In this document: positions 22,983 through 35,160 of the stretch, piece after piece | Numbering within the stretch: position 1 is the first letter of the stretch | Layout: each line of letters starts with the position of its first letter | Assembly (NCBI GenBank): GCA_013265495.1 | Contig: MU058636.1 | Location: 2,170,001-2,234,000 of the forward strand | DNA: 64,000 nucleotides | Direction of reading: 5' to 3' | Source: Vicugna vicugna | Lineage: Eukaryota | The notes under the pieces: model-generated | The model's database searches: none | Seen by the model: the letters and a program-made list of their open reading frames with translations, nothing else | What the model was told of the DNA's origin: nothing | Made by a program: the position numbers and the translations under genes

Positions 22983-25900
22983 CAGACCTCCTTTAGTTTC
23001 GGCCGGAGGGCTGGTATCTCCAGTGCATCCTCACCTTAGAAATGTTGTCACCACCGGGGGGAAAGTGGAAGCAGTGAGACTCTGTGAGTTAATCTGCTGA
23101 TCACTACTCTTTTCATCAGTGTCCCTGCTCGTTTCATGGCCGTGCTGATTGGACTTGCCAATTATACAAGTATGGCAAATCCAGCAACAAACGCCAGCTG
23201 CTCAGCTGCCACCCAGCTAAGCGGTGTGGCCCCAGCATCCTGTGTGTGCTCGGCGGGGCATCAGACTCTGGTAGGAGTCTAGTGGAGGGCGGTGCTGGAG
23301 CAGAACTTCCGGGATCCACAGAACATCAGTAAGTTCTGGGGCGCTCTCAGTAAGGGCTGTTGGAGGAGTCCTCCTCACTCCCTGGAAAGACCCGCTTTGG
23401 GACAATAGCTATTATTTTAAAAAGTTAAACATGTGCATTTTAAAATCCTCATAAATCTACTGTAAGTCATGGTCCCATAGAGGGACCAGGGGACTCCTAG
23501 GTCCTAAGATGCCACTGCTTTGCTCTTTGTGCCTCTGAGGGCCTTGCACACCGCAGGTGTGTAATTCACATCCACCGACAGATGCTACCTGCTGACCACA
23601 CCTGCTGGGTCAGACCTATTGGTGGGAAACTCCATTTCAGGAATGTGATGAGTGTGCACCACATAAAGCCACACTGGAGCCCCAAGAGCCACATCAACTG
23701 GAGGAGAGGTGGTTTCCACCACCACGTTCAGGTGTCTCGCCTGTTTCAGCAGCGGTGTGTGAAAACCACCGTGGTGCTTACGATCAGTTTTCTTAAATAA
23801 AAAGCAAAGATAGGACCTGCCTAAATCTGTTAAAATTTTAGTAAGTTTCCCTGTTTCAACTTAAATAAGATCAAAACCTGTCAACTTATTGTACTGAGTT
23901 CCACAATACATTTCACAGTCCCATTAAACACACACAGACACACATTTTAAACATATGTGGGTATAAAGTATGTATGTGTGCGTGTGTTTATAAAATGGAA
24001 ACAAAGGTTTCATTAAAAAAAGTTTCACTGTAACAATACATATCATTACTTCTTGCGATGTATTTGTCTACTTTCCATTTTATTCTGCTCTATTTTTTTT
24101 AATGCTGATCACAACCCACTCATTTGACTCCACAGCCCACCAATGGCTGAGATTTTTAAGAGCCCTACTCATCACAGTAAGTGGCGTCTCCTCCCCTTGT
24201 GCTGTGAGCTGGAACGCAGCGAGGGAAGGGTGCGTGCAGATGGTGAGGGGCCAGTCCTGACCCCACAGGTGACATCTCTGGGGTCGGGGTTTGTTTCCCT
24301 CAGGTCTGTCGCTCAGAAAAACACCCTGAAACCAGAGTAACCTATCACTCCTCAAAAGAGAAAAAAACGGAATTCAAAATGTTTAAAAAAAACAAACAAC
24401 TATATAATCTATGTGTTCAAAGATTAAAACAACAACTGGTTCATAGTTTGAAGTCAACAGCTGAAACTCCAGTGTGGTGGGAACAGCCTTGACCTGGGGG
24501 TCTGACCTGGAGCCTCACCCTGGCTTGTCGTTTTATTAGCTCTACCCTGTGCAGGGCATGGAGGCTGCATTCTCATATCTAAAGTGGGAGAAGGAACTCC
24601 AGCGTGGTTTCTCTCTCAGAGAGCTATGTCAAAGCTCTTCAGGAAAATCGGAGGTGTTGTGCCAGCGAGGACACTGAGTCCTTCTCAGAATATCTGCACC
24701 GCTAGCATCTTCACTTGCTGAGTCCCACAGCCATGTGGAGCTTTTCCCCACGACATATACTAATGTCTAGGCACAATGATCATTTTCCCCCAAAATATCA
24801 GGTTGTGAGAATTTCTACTACTTTCCAATTATATACTCGGTGTGTCTGGGAATTTTTCTACCTGAAATTAAGCGGCTATGCAAATGTCATCCATTTTATA
24901 CACGTTGGAGAATCAAAGGAAGAAAAATCTGTTATGACAATACTCCAACCTGGTTGCTTTAACAGACACACAGAGAAAATCAATCAAGTAAAGAGAAGCA
25001 GAAGAAAAGAGATGAGTCTCTTCTATAGGGAAAGACGAGAAGTTATGCACTTGCCCACAACACATGCACTCCCATTCCATTCCCCCCTGCCCCTTTTCAA
25101 TTACAATTTTTCAAAAGAAGACATTACACTTAAATAGCCATGAAAGTCTCGGGCCTGGATATAGGCTGACTTCAAAGCGTAGAGGGCTCAACAGGCTAAG
25201 TTCAAGGTCTTCCTAACTAAATTGGAGACACTGACAAAGTACTAAATACTTTGGAGATGCCATTAAAAACTCTTCTGGTCAGTTTCCTTCCTTTACAGTC
25301 ACAACTCATATACTACAAGACTAATTGCAATGAAATCCTCTTTTAGACAAGGCTGATCTGGAGCAAATTTCTTATGTATACCAGAGGGTCAGCAAAGAAA
25401 TGCAAATGCGTTCCTTCTTCTCTGCAAAGGGGATGAACAGCACCTAAGCAGCCCTGACATTACCATTCGTCTAACATCTTTTTGTTTTGTAGTTAGCAAG
25501 GTATTGATGAGTACTTTACAATTTGTTTTTCTTTAGGACCCAGAATTTTGTAGCTATAACTGCTGGGGGATTCCATTCATTTTCACAAAAGCAATTTTTC
25601 AAAATGTATATAGCTTTTTCCAGCTACTTTCATTCAACAGCCATTTCTCAAGATCAGGCCAAGGAGAGGATGATGCTAGTCTTAGCATCAGTGTGATTTA
25701 GTGAGATGAAGCTCTCCTTGGCCATGGGACCTGGGGCGCGTTGGCCAGGTGCCTCTACAGAATTGCAAGCGTCACTTTCCCTCCTCCTTCCCCTCACCCA
25801 CTAAGGCCCATTGAATCCCTCTATTCATCACCTTCTCTACTTTCCCACAGCTACTATATGACTGATGTGACCATAGGCCACCAGCTCTCCCACCTCAACG

Positions 25901-28221
25901 CACACAGTAGCCCCTACCTGGTCTTCCTGCCTCAGCCTTGCACCTCTGATCTCCTCCAGCCACTGAGAATCTGGAGGGAAAAATCTGACCACCTTACTCT
26001 GCTGCTAACACTTCTCCATTACTCCCCAGGTAGCCTCATGTGAAGTGGATCGTAGGTCCTTTGCTTGTAAAATGAAGAGACAAAAGCTTCATGGGATTGT
26101 TGTGAGAATTAAATGTAAAAATAAACTATATATTTACATGAAAAGAAACCACAAGTGTAAGACGTTATTATATTAAAGGAAATTTAAATGTATCAGACAA
26201 TTTAGTAATTAAGCAAAGCAGTTCAATATTACTCCTTGAGTAATTTAACTGATTTTAATGCATTATGAAAGAGGTTCGGTGGATTTATACAAGCTACAAT
26301 GACAGAATGGTGATACTGATTTTTCTATACATTACATATGCATATCAGATGTTACGTCCACATCGGGGCTCACGGGAGCCACGTCTGTTGGACAGCAGGC
26401 AGTCAATAATGTCGAAATAATAGTTTGCTTATAATCCACATGCTGGGTTTGACATTATGGAGACAAAGCTATACCCTGATTCTTTTTCTCAGAGCCCTAT
26501 TTGCCTACAAATCTATGCCTTTTCAAAAGACGCGTCTAATAGTGTTCCTCATGGTCACAGGAAACCAAAATGAAATGACAACACATCTGCAGGCCCTCCA
26601 AACAGAGTAACATGTTCTAAAGTAAATACTCAGCAATAATAGACAAGTGATAACCCGTTCATATCTAGTAAGTAATCACAGCTGTGTATCAGGAACTGGT
26701 TGGCGTCACCCTGAGTCAGAGACAAGTTTTGTGCCCGTGAATAAAATTAAACCTGTCATGTTGTACGTATTCCCTAAAAATGGAAGCTTAAAGCCAAACT
26801 TTCTCAGAAATAAAATTAAAGAATGAAAATAGGAAATGCACAAAATGGTAGGATACTTGGAAAAGTTACAACTGCTTGATGAATTATATCACAGCTAACT
26901 TGGATTTTAGTAAAGTGTGGTTTTGAGACCAGTATCTCCCAGGGAACAGACAACAGTCAGAGTTACTCTTCAGGGCAGGACAGTGACAGGCACCTAGCAA
27001 GTGTTCCCTAAATACTTGCTAATTAAGCAACAAAGAAAGAAGATTTAAGTGCTTTTCTGTGGTTACTATTGTCGATTAAAGTATCTTTTAGTACTAGTGC
27101 TATTCAAAAACAACATGTCACAAAGCTCTTCCCAGTGAACGTGTCTGTTATTCACAGGATTCCACAGTAACGTCCTACGACACACAATCAACGCTCTCTC
27201 TCTAGTTGCCTTACTTCAAAAAAGATTACCACCCAAACGGAATTCTCTGGTGCTGCCTTCAGGGCAGAGACCTGGTTCTTAAACTCACCAGGAGGTAGAC
27301 CTGCAATGAGAGGCAGGTCTGCTGACACCCGATGACTGGCTGTCTTGGTTTTCAACTTGAGTTAGTGCCTGGCATGCCTACTGATGGAGCTTTATGCCTT
27401 CTTAGGGCTCCAGCTTTAAAGCTAGAGCCTTGTGTTTGCTTTTCAACCTCTCTCAACAAGATTTGGAGACTGGCTGGAGCTCAGCAAGGAAGGAAAAAGG
27501 GACAGGGCATCTCCCTTCTTTCCAGGGAAGTTCTATCGTCAACTTCCATTTCTTGTAAGGAGTTTACACTTCTTCCCTCTTTTGTTCATCCTCCAAGGCA
27601 GGAAAAACACCGCCATAAAAATTATACCCAGAAAATCGTTCGTGTTTGTCTTTCGCCCTTCTCACCACATAATGACACGTGCCAGCTCTTACATCATTAT
27701 GGTCCCCATTTAGTGAGCATGAAATAACACAGCGTCATCAACCGAAATGAATTGTGTAACCTTCAAGAGACATTAGCGACATTACACTTTTGAATCTAGT
27801 AAAGAACAATATTTTACATATCCAACATATCCGAGAACGCAGTTGTGTTAAAGAACAAAAATCTTGTGTTCTGTTTTGGGCTTCTCAATCATTAAGAAAT
27901 AGAACTAAAGCCTTGCCATTCATTTATTCCTTCCACGATGCGCCAGACGGTATTCTAGGTGCTTGGATACAGTGTGAACAAAACAGACCAGCATCTCTCC
28001 CTTCAGGGAGCCTACTGATGGGCCCTTGAAAGTTCTGGTTGAAACTGACACTTCAGAAATACATGAACATGCACTCCACATGTTTCTACAGCTCGGGGGG
28101 ACTCTCTTGCCAGGGCCATGGCTTGCACACTCCCTAGGAAAGTCCTCTTTCCAATGGCTCAGGTGGGTTTACGACCACTGCAAAGCTAATGCAAACAGCA
28201 CGTGGAAGGCGGGAGACTTAC

Positions 28222-28448
28222 CATTAATAAATATGTAGATGGTGGATTCTGCTTTCTTCTTCTTTGAAGCAGGTGGAGATAGGTATCTGCAGCTGTAGAA
28301 GCCGGTGTGGTTTGCCTGAGCCGCGTTCAAGGTCAAAGTACTGCAGAACTGCTTGCCACTCCTTCCACAGGCAGATTTAGTTATGCTCAGCCTCCGGCTT
28401 TCCTTACTCACTGTTGCAGGCAAAGACCACGCATGGGCCACTTCCCCT
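28222..28448 (-). CDS. FLT1: FLT1 exon 3 (Ig domain 1: GEVAHAWSLP...FCSTLTLNAAQANHTGFYSCRY...STIYIFIN)
   Basis: ggcAG acceptor, GTAAGT donor, 227 nt; lies within ORF 28169..28510(-). Confidence 0.97.
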
Positions 28449-28828
28449 CTGCCATCACAGAGAAAAAAATAAAACTCAGTCATGGCTGGGGCCAGTTTCG
28501 AAGCATTCATTCCATCAGGAAGCGCTATTCTGAGGTCCTTCCTTAAGTACAGTCATAAAAGCAACATGTTTAGAAAAGCTTTTAAACAACTGAAAATGTT
28601 CAGGGCATCCCTTCCCCTGATTTCCCAGGAGTGAGTCATTCTCTCCCTCAGATGAATGAATCACTATCCACAGGAAGCTGGGTACGTGTGGTTTGCACTT
28701 GGCAGATCACAGAAGACCACTGAAATCTACCTGTCTGCTCTGGGGGGCCACCTGTCTACGCTACCAGGGAAATGATCCTGCCTTAGGAAGAGCAACCAGA
28801 TGACCCCCAAACCAACGCAGCCACTCAC

Positions 28829-28925
28829 CTGCATTTGAGATACAGCGTCTGGCCTGCTTGTATCACGTGCTGGGTGCCTTTTAAACTCAGCTCAGGACCT
28901 TTGAATTTTGAACCTGAACTAGATC
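28829..28925 (-). CDS. FLT1: FLT1 exon 2 (GSSSGSKFKGPELSLKGTQHVIQAGQTLYLKCR)
   Basis: ttttccAG acceptor, GTGAGT donor, 97 nt, phase-compatible with exon 1; start of Ig domain 1. Confidence 0.96.
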
Positions 28926-31900
28926 CTGGAAAACAAATTTTTGAAATGTATTATTTACAGATTGTCCTCTCGTCTTTTTTTTTCAATCTTTCCATAAGAG
29001 GCAACTTTTCTTCTTACTTTCATATGCAAAAAGGTGCCCCAATACATATTTCATTTGCAAATTTTTGCTAGCCCACGACTTGCTTACGGATATTAAACAG
29101 CCTACTTTGCTAAATGATCTAAATATCCAAAAGCCCATTAATTTAGAACATTAATAAATCCAATCATGGTTCAAAATGCAACCATATGAGGAATAGATAG
29201 TAACTTATTAAAAACTCAAGATTAAATATCAGTGCCATGCAAAATATATTCCTAACACTGAACTAGCAGCATGGGTCACCTGGACATATAGGCCTGTCTG
29301 ATCTTTTTTCTGAATAAAAGGCATAGAAATTTTCCTGGTTTCTAGACATAGTTCAGTCATTACTTGAACCATGATATTTTGGGCAAGTCATTGCTCTTTC
29401 TGAATCAGTTTCCTCATTTGGAAGACTAATCATAAAATCAAAACCAATTTTAGAAGCCATTTGGTTTGTCTTACATCATCCCCAAGTTCCCTCTAGAGTG
29501 GAACAGAAAAGAGGGAACCACCCGCTCCTACGTGACATTTGACAAGTGTATTTCATGGGGGTGCTGAGACGGTGAGAGAAGCGTTGCGGCAGTGGTCCCC
29601 ACCCGCACATCTCTGTACAGAGCAATACTGATGTCCACCCCAGCGGCAGGTTGGGAGACCCTGGCCAAGTCACCTCTCTCCAGGCCTCAGTTCTCCTATC
29701 TGTAAGACGGGAGACTGGACCAGGTGACTGCATCTCTGACTGTCCATTTCTGACACTCCCAGACCCACGATTCCTTGAGCCGTTGGTGTCATAGAGATTG
29801 AAGCTCCTGTTGACTGCTCAGCAGGGGTCTCCATCAGGAATTCTCCTCCCTCCTTTCCCTCATCTCCCATTCCACCCCCCCCACCCCCACCCATCTGTCC
29901 GTCCATCCACCTGTCCTTCCTCCTCCTCCTCCTGGTAAAAATAGGAGATCAGGGCTCAGGACTAGAGAGGTAAGTGTCAGGGGGAGGAAGGAAAGAAACA
30001 AGGCTCAGAGATCTGCCCTGGAATCTAAACGTCTCCACTTCCTAACGCCCTGGCCTCGGCATGACTTGGTGTGCTGCTCCTTAGCATCCTTGTGTGTGAA
30101 ACTGCACAACCCACGGCCTACATCACAGGCACAGTGTGTGGACTCAGTGCTGTGTAGTCCGCCTGACACGGTGCAGACGCACCCTGTCATGACCTCCAGC
30201 AGGATCACCCCCTCCCCTACTTCCACCAGAAGATGTTTTGCTGAGTATGTAATTGCAACGGTGTTAAACTGACATGATCTGCTTTGCTGGTGTTCTAAAT
30301 TAATATTTGAAAAGTCACTTTTATGTGCGCTAGGTCCTGGTATCAAATTACGACTGGAACAAACGGCTCATTATTAGCTAAATTTAAATGTAAAGGACTA
30401 TTTCGGAAAGATCCCATTGGTCTATCAAATAACCCTATTGAACAAGTCAACCCATTCGGGTACCTGAGGGGAAGTTTTGTACTTTCCTCATCTCGATGGG
30501 TTTCCTGAGGCAACAGGTAGCTCAGAATCAGTGACCCAGGAGAAGACTAGGTTTTTCTTTTTAATGGTTGTTTTGCTGTTGTAGTCTGGCATCCCTGGGT
30601 GGCTGTGATCCACCTACGAGAACACTACGTTTTACTAAAGCCACAGCCAGCAACTGATAACACCTGCCCTGGAAAATGTCCCGGCAGGCTCGTTTCTGCC
30701 CTACTTTATGGCATGAAACTCTGCTGATGTGGTTGCGCTGTTGTTCACGTGTCGGCAAAGAGCTAGCCAAGCTTCCTGCGGAAAATTCTGGCATCACTTG
30801 CAGGTATCTCTCTGGTTTGTGGGCAGACAGTGAGCTTTCCCGCCCAGGGGAGGCCGAGGGGAAGACGCCTTCCTTTTCATGGGGCGAGGTGGTTCCTACT
30901 GCCTGCTATCTTGGTTTCCACATCGTCCGGAACTTTCTCTATCAACACCCTAGAACACCAGTACTCCTGACCCTCATCAGAGAGAAACTTAAACCATAAG
31001 GAACCACCCAAATCTCAGCAGATAAAAGTGTTATGTAGAGACGATCTCCTTAAAAACATGCCATCTGCCTGTCCAACTCCACCCTCCAACCCAAAGAAGA
31101 CAACACAGCTGAGTACTTAAAATACGACACTGAGAGAGACATGGGATTATTGGAAAGTTCAGGGGGAAATGTGGAGAAGAGAGTTATTTTGTTATATAAT
31201 TTTCTCCGTGGACAAAATGACTTTTGCACTTGGAATGAGGAAGCCAGATAAAAGTGGTTGGTTGGAACCAAAGAAAAGAGAAGTGAAAAGACACGGCATT
31301 TCTAAGTAACTGGGTACTTTGAGATGTCACCATTCTTCAGCCAATAGGAAACCAGAATCTCAGAAAGATGAAAGGAGGTGCCAGGACTATACTTTAACAG
31401 GAAAACTAGTAAGGAAAAAGGAAAGTGAAATCTTTCTTCCTCAAATGCCCTGAAATTACATCAGGCCTTAAAATATTTCTTTGAAGCAGTTTAACCCACT
31501 TGAGTAATAATGGATATTTAACATTTTTGGAGTTTCTCCTGCACTTCAGACACCTTTTCAGCCTCGGTAGTGATGCGTATGAGGACGTGAATGCGCGCAC
31601 AGCCAAGATCCAGTGCAGGATCCGCCTCCACCATAGACAACTCAGTTTGCTCTTCTCCTGAGTAGCTCAAAGTCACATTGTCCATTTAGAAATACATCCA
31701 CAGGCTGCTTCTTTCCAAGGGTGGAGCGCTATAATTTAACAATGATCCCCCACTGTGAAGCTCAGATGGGGATCAGAATTTTCCACTGTTTGCAATGGCA
31801 GTCTCGAAGTCTGGCTTAAAAGAATTATTGTCCCCTTAGTGAACTAGGTGGTCCGTGAGCTATTGTTTTCATCAAAGTCAACTGCAGTATAATCACGAGG

Positions 31901-31949
31901 GTCAGAGAGATCTCCTTACATCGGGCAAATTATTATTTAAATAAAACAA

Positions 31950-32755
31950 ATAAAAAACTCAATGCAATCAGCAAAACGGAAAGGCCATCTACTGATGGGA
32001 GAAAATAGTTGCTAATTATGTATCTCATAAGGGCTTAACATCCAAAACATAAATAACATATGCAACTCAATAGAAAAAAAACAAACAATCCAATTTTTAA
32101 AATGGGCAGAGGATCCGAATAGACATTTTTTCAAAGACAGACACATGGCCCACAAGTTCATGAAAATATGCTCAACATCACTAATTATCAGGGAAATGCA
32201 AATCAGAACCACAATGAGATACCACCTCGACATCTAGAATGACTATCATCAGAAAGACAAGAAGTTAACGAGTGTCAGAAAGGGTATGGGAAAAAGGGAA
32301 CCCTTGTGCACTGCCGGTGGGAATGTAAATTGGTGCAGCCACTATGGAAAACAGTATGGCTGTTCCTCAAATAATTAAAAATAATCAAAAACATTTTAAG
32401 AAATAAAAATAGAACTATCACATGATCCAGCAATTTCACTTCTAGGTATTTATCTGAATGAAACGAAAACACTAACTTGAAAAAATAAGCATTCACAAGT
32501 TCATAGCAGCACTATTTACAATAGTCAAGACATGGAAGCAACTTCAGTGTCCACTGATGGATGAATAAAGAAGATGTGGAGCTTACGTATACAATGGAGC
32601 TATAAAAAAAAAGAATGAAATCCTGCCATTTGCAACAACATGGGTGGACCTTGAGGGCATTATGCTAAGTGAAGGAGGTCAGAGAAAGACAAATACCCTG
32701 TGATCTCACTTCCCTGTGGAATCCAAAAAAAACCCCAAACCAAAACAAACCAAAT
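31950..32755 (+). mobile_element. L1 (L1MA/MB-like) 3' ORF2 fragment
   Basis: ggaaatgcaaatcagaaccacaatgagataccacctc; tgtaaattggtgcagccactatggaaaacagtatgg; boundaries approximate. Confidence 0.85.
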
Positions 32756-32986
32756 GCAGACTATGAAAATGGGCTTTATCACATGCTTTTTTATTAGAAA
32801 AAACTATTAAGGTCAAGCAGAGTGGGCTAATAACATTAAAAAGCCAATGCGTGTCCGTGGACTTGTCCGCCGACACGCCAACACTTTGTACTGTTCTTGT
32901 CTGAATATTTTCCTCATTGTTTGTTCTGTATTATCTGGTAGGCAAAAAGAGAATAGTTTTGTGGCTCTTTAACAAAACCCCTCCTC

Positions 32987-33110
32987 AGAGGGGAGAGCAT
33001 AGCTCAGTGGTAGAGTGCACGCTTAGCATACACGAGGTCCTGGGTTCAATCCCCAGCAACTCCATTTTAAAAGAATAAAAAATAAACCCAATTGCAAAAA
33101 CAAAACAAGG
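32987..33110 (+). mobile_element. tRNA-Ala-derived SINE
   Basis: A/B boxes; TSD CAAAACCC(C/T)TC (from 32973 and from 33111). Confidence 0.9.
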
Positions 33111-34094
33111 CAAAACCCTTCTCTCCCTACATGATGAACCTCCAGGAAGAAGCCATAGACAGACTGTTCTAAGACAGGCTTTATTTTGCAACCAAATCAA
33201 AGGCCCAGTGATTGAGGCTCTTTCTTCAAGGCTCCTGTGCTGGACACTAAAAGCAGGAACTCTCACCATGGGCCATTATGAGCCACACAGTCTTGCCCAT
33301 CACTTTTAAGGCAGAGAGAAGATTCTTATGTAAAGTTTGACTAAAAGTATCTTTAGAAAACAGCTTTTTTTTGGATGTTCACGGAGAGTTTTACTAGCTT
33401 GGAAAATATTTTATGCTCTATAATGTTAACAGAGTGGGAAGAACCTACAACTTTTGTGTAAACAATATGAACTCAAGTATGTAAATAAGAAGGCAACAGA
33501 AAATCAGTGAAAGGGAAGGTTCCAGAATATTAGCAAGGATTGTGTTTCTGAGTTGTAACATTACGGATAATTTTTCCCCATTTCTTAGTACTTTTCTGAA
33601 CTTGAAAAAAAAAAGTAGTTAACATGTATTACTTTTATGGCCAGGAAAAAGTAAACCACGCTCAGAGATGCAACCATACTGGAGATAGCCAGTGACTTGT
33701 GGGGTAGAAAACAGCTATTTTTATTGATCTAAATAATAACAGTGTTCTGACAGCTGAATGCAACTTCAGACAAGTCTCTGAGCTCCTCCTTCCAGGTGAC
33801 ACCTCCTTGTCCCTACTCACTGAAATCAAAGAGCTGTTCCCTGTAAGAAAGGGGCTTTATTCAGATAGGACCCGTGAAACTGCTGCATTTTTCCATTTTT
33901 GATTTAGAATCATGAATCTCCCCAGTTCTGCTACTAACGAGTTCTGTTGTGGCCACAAGCCAGTCATTTTAAGCCCCTGAATCTTCATCTGCCAACAGAG
34001 GGGACTGGACTGAGATTTTGGCCTTTGCTTTCAGCCTAAAAAGTCAATGATTCTGAAATCCACAGTAATTAATAATGCACAAGTTAGAAATCAC

Positions 34095-35160
34095 ATTGTA
34101 AAATACTTAAGACTCCTGAAAAAAATCAAATAGCCCAATATATAAACAGACAAAGGATCTGAATAGACATTTTCCCGAAGAAGATATATAAATGGCTAAC
34201 GAGCGCAGGAAAAGACGCTGGACGGCATTAGTCTTCAGGAAAACGCAAATCAGAGCCACAGTGAGACACCAACTTCACAATCGCTAGGGTGGCTTCAATA
34301 AAACAGACGAAACAAGTGTTGATGGGGATGTGGAGAAACGGGAGCCCCCGTATATTGTTGGTAGGACTGTAAAATGGCGCTATTGCTTTGGACAACAGAT
34401 GGCAGTTCCTCAAATGGTTAAACATATGACCCAGCAATTCTACTCCTAGGTATCCACCCAAAAGAACCCAAAACATATGTCTGCAGAAAAACTTGTACTC
34501 AAATGTCCAGAGCAGCATTACTCATTATAGCCAAAAAGTGGAAACAACCCAAATGATGGGTGGATAAACAAAATGTAGGAGATCCCAACTGAGTATTATT
34601 TGGCAATGAAAACGGATGGATGGAGTACGGATACCTGCTCCAACATAGATGACCCCTGAGAACATTCTGCTGGTCCACACAGAGGAAAGGCTGCGTGGGG
34701 ACCCAGCGAGAAGACGGCCGTCTGCGAGCCACCGAGAGAGGCCTCAGGAGAAACTGGAACTGGTAACACCTCGAGTTTAGACTTCCAGCTTCCAGCATGG
34801 TGAGAAAATCACATTCTCTTGTTAAAAAAACAAAACAAAACAAAACGCGAAACCACTATGCTAATTAAAAGAAGCCAGTCACAAAAGGCCACATACTATA
34901 TGATTCCATTTCTATGAAATGTCCAGAATACGTGAATTTATAACGACAGGAAATAGAGGAGAGCTTGGCAGGAGCTGGGGAAAGAAGGGAACAAGACTGG
35001 CTAGTAACGGGAGTTCTTCTGGGGGTGGAAACGTCCTAGTATTTGATAGTGGTGATGGTTGTGCAATTCTGTGAATACACTATAGACCACTGACTTACAC
35101 AATTTAAAATGGTGAGTTTTATGGTATGTGAATTTTATCTCAATAGAGCTGTTATAAAAA
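34095..35160 (+). mobile_element. Old L1 (L1MB/MC-like) 3' end with an internal MLT1 insert
   Basis: gatctgaatagacattttcccgaagaagatatata...aaaagaagccagtcacaaaaggccacatact...ggtatgtgaattttatctcaat. Confidence 0.8.
34672..34848 (+). mobile_element. MLT1 LTR fragment with an A-rich tail
   Basis: gagagaggcctcaggagaaac...tttagacttccagcttccagcatggtgagaaaat matches MLT1; followed by A7(CAAAA)3. Confidence 0.7.
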
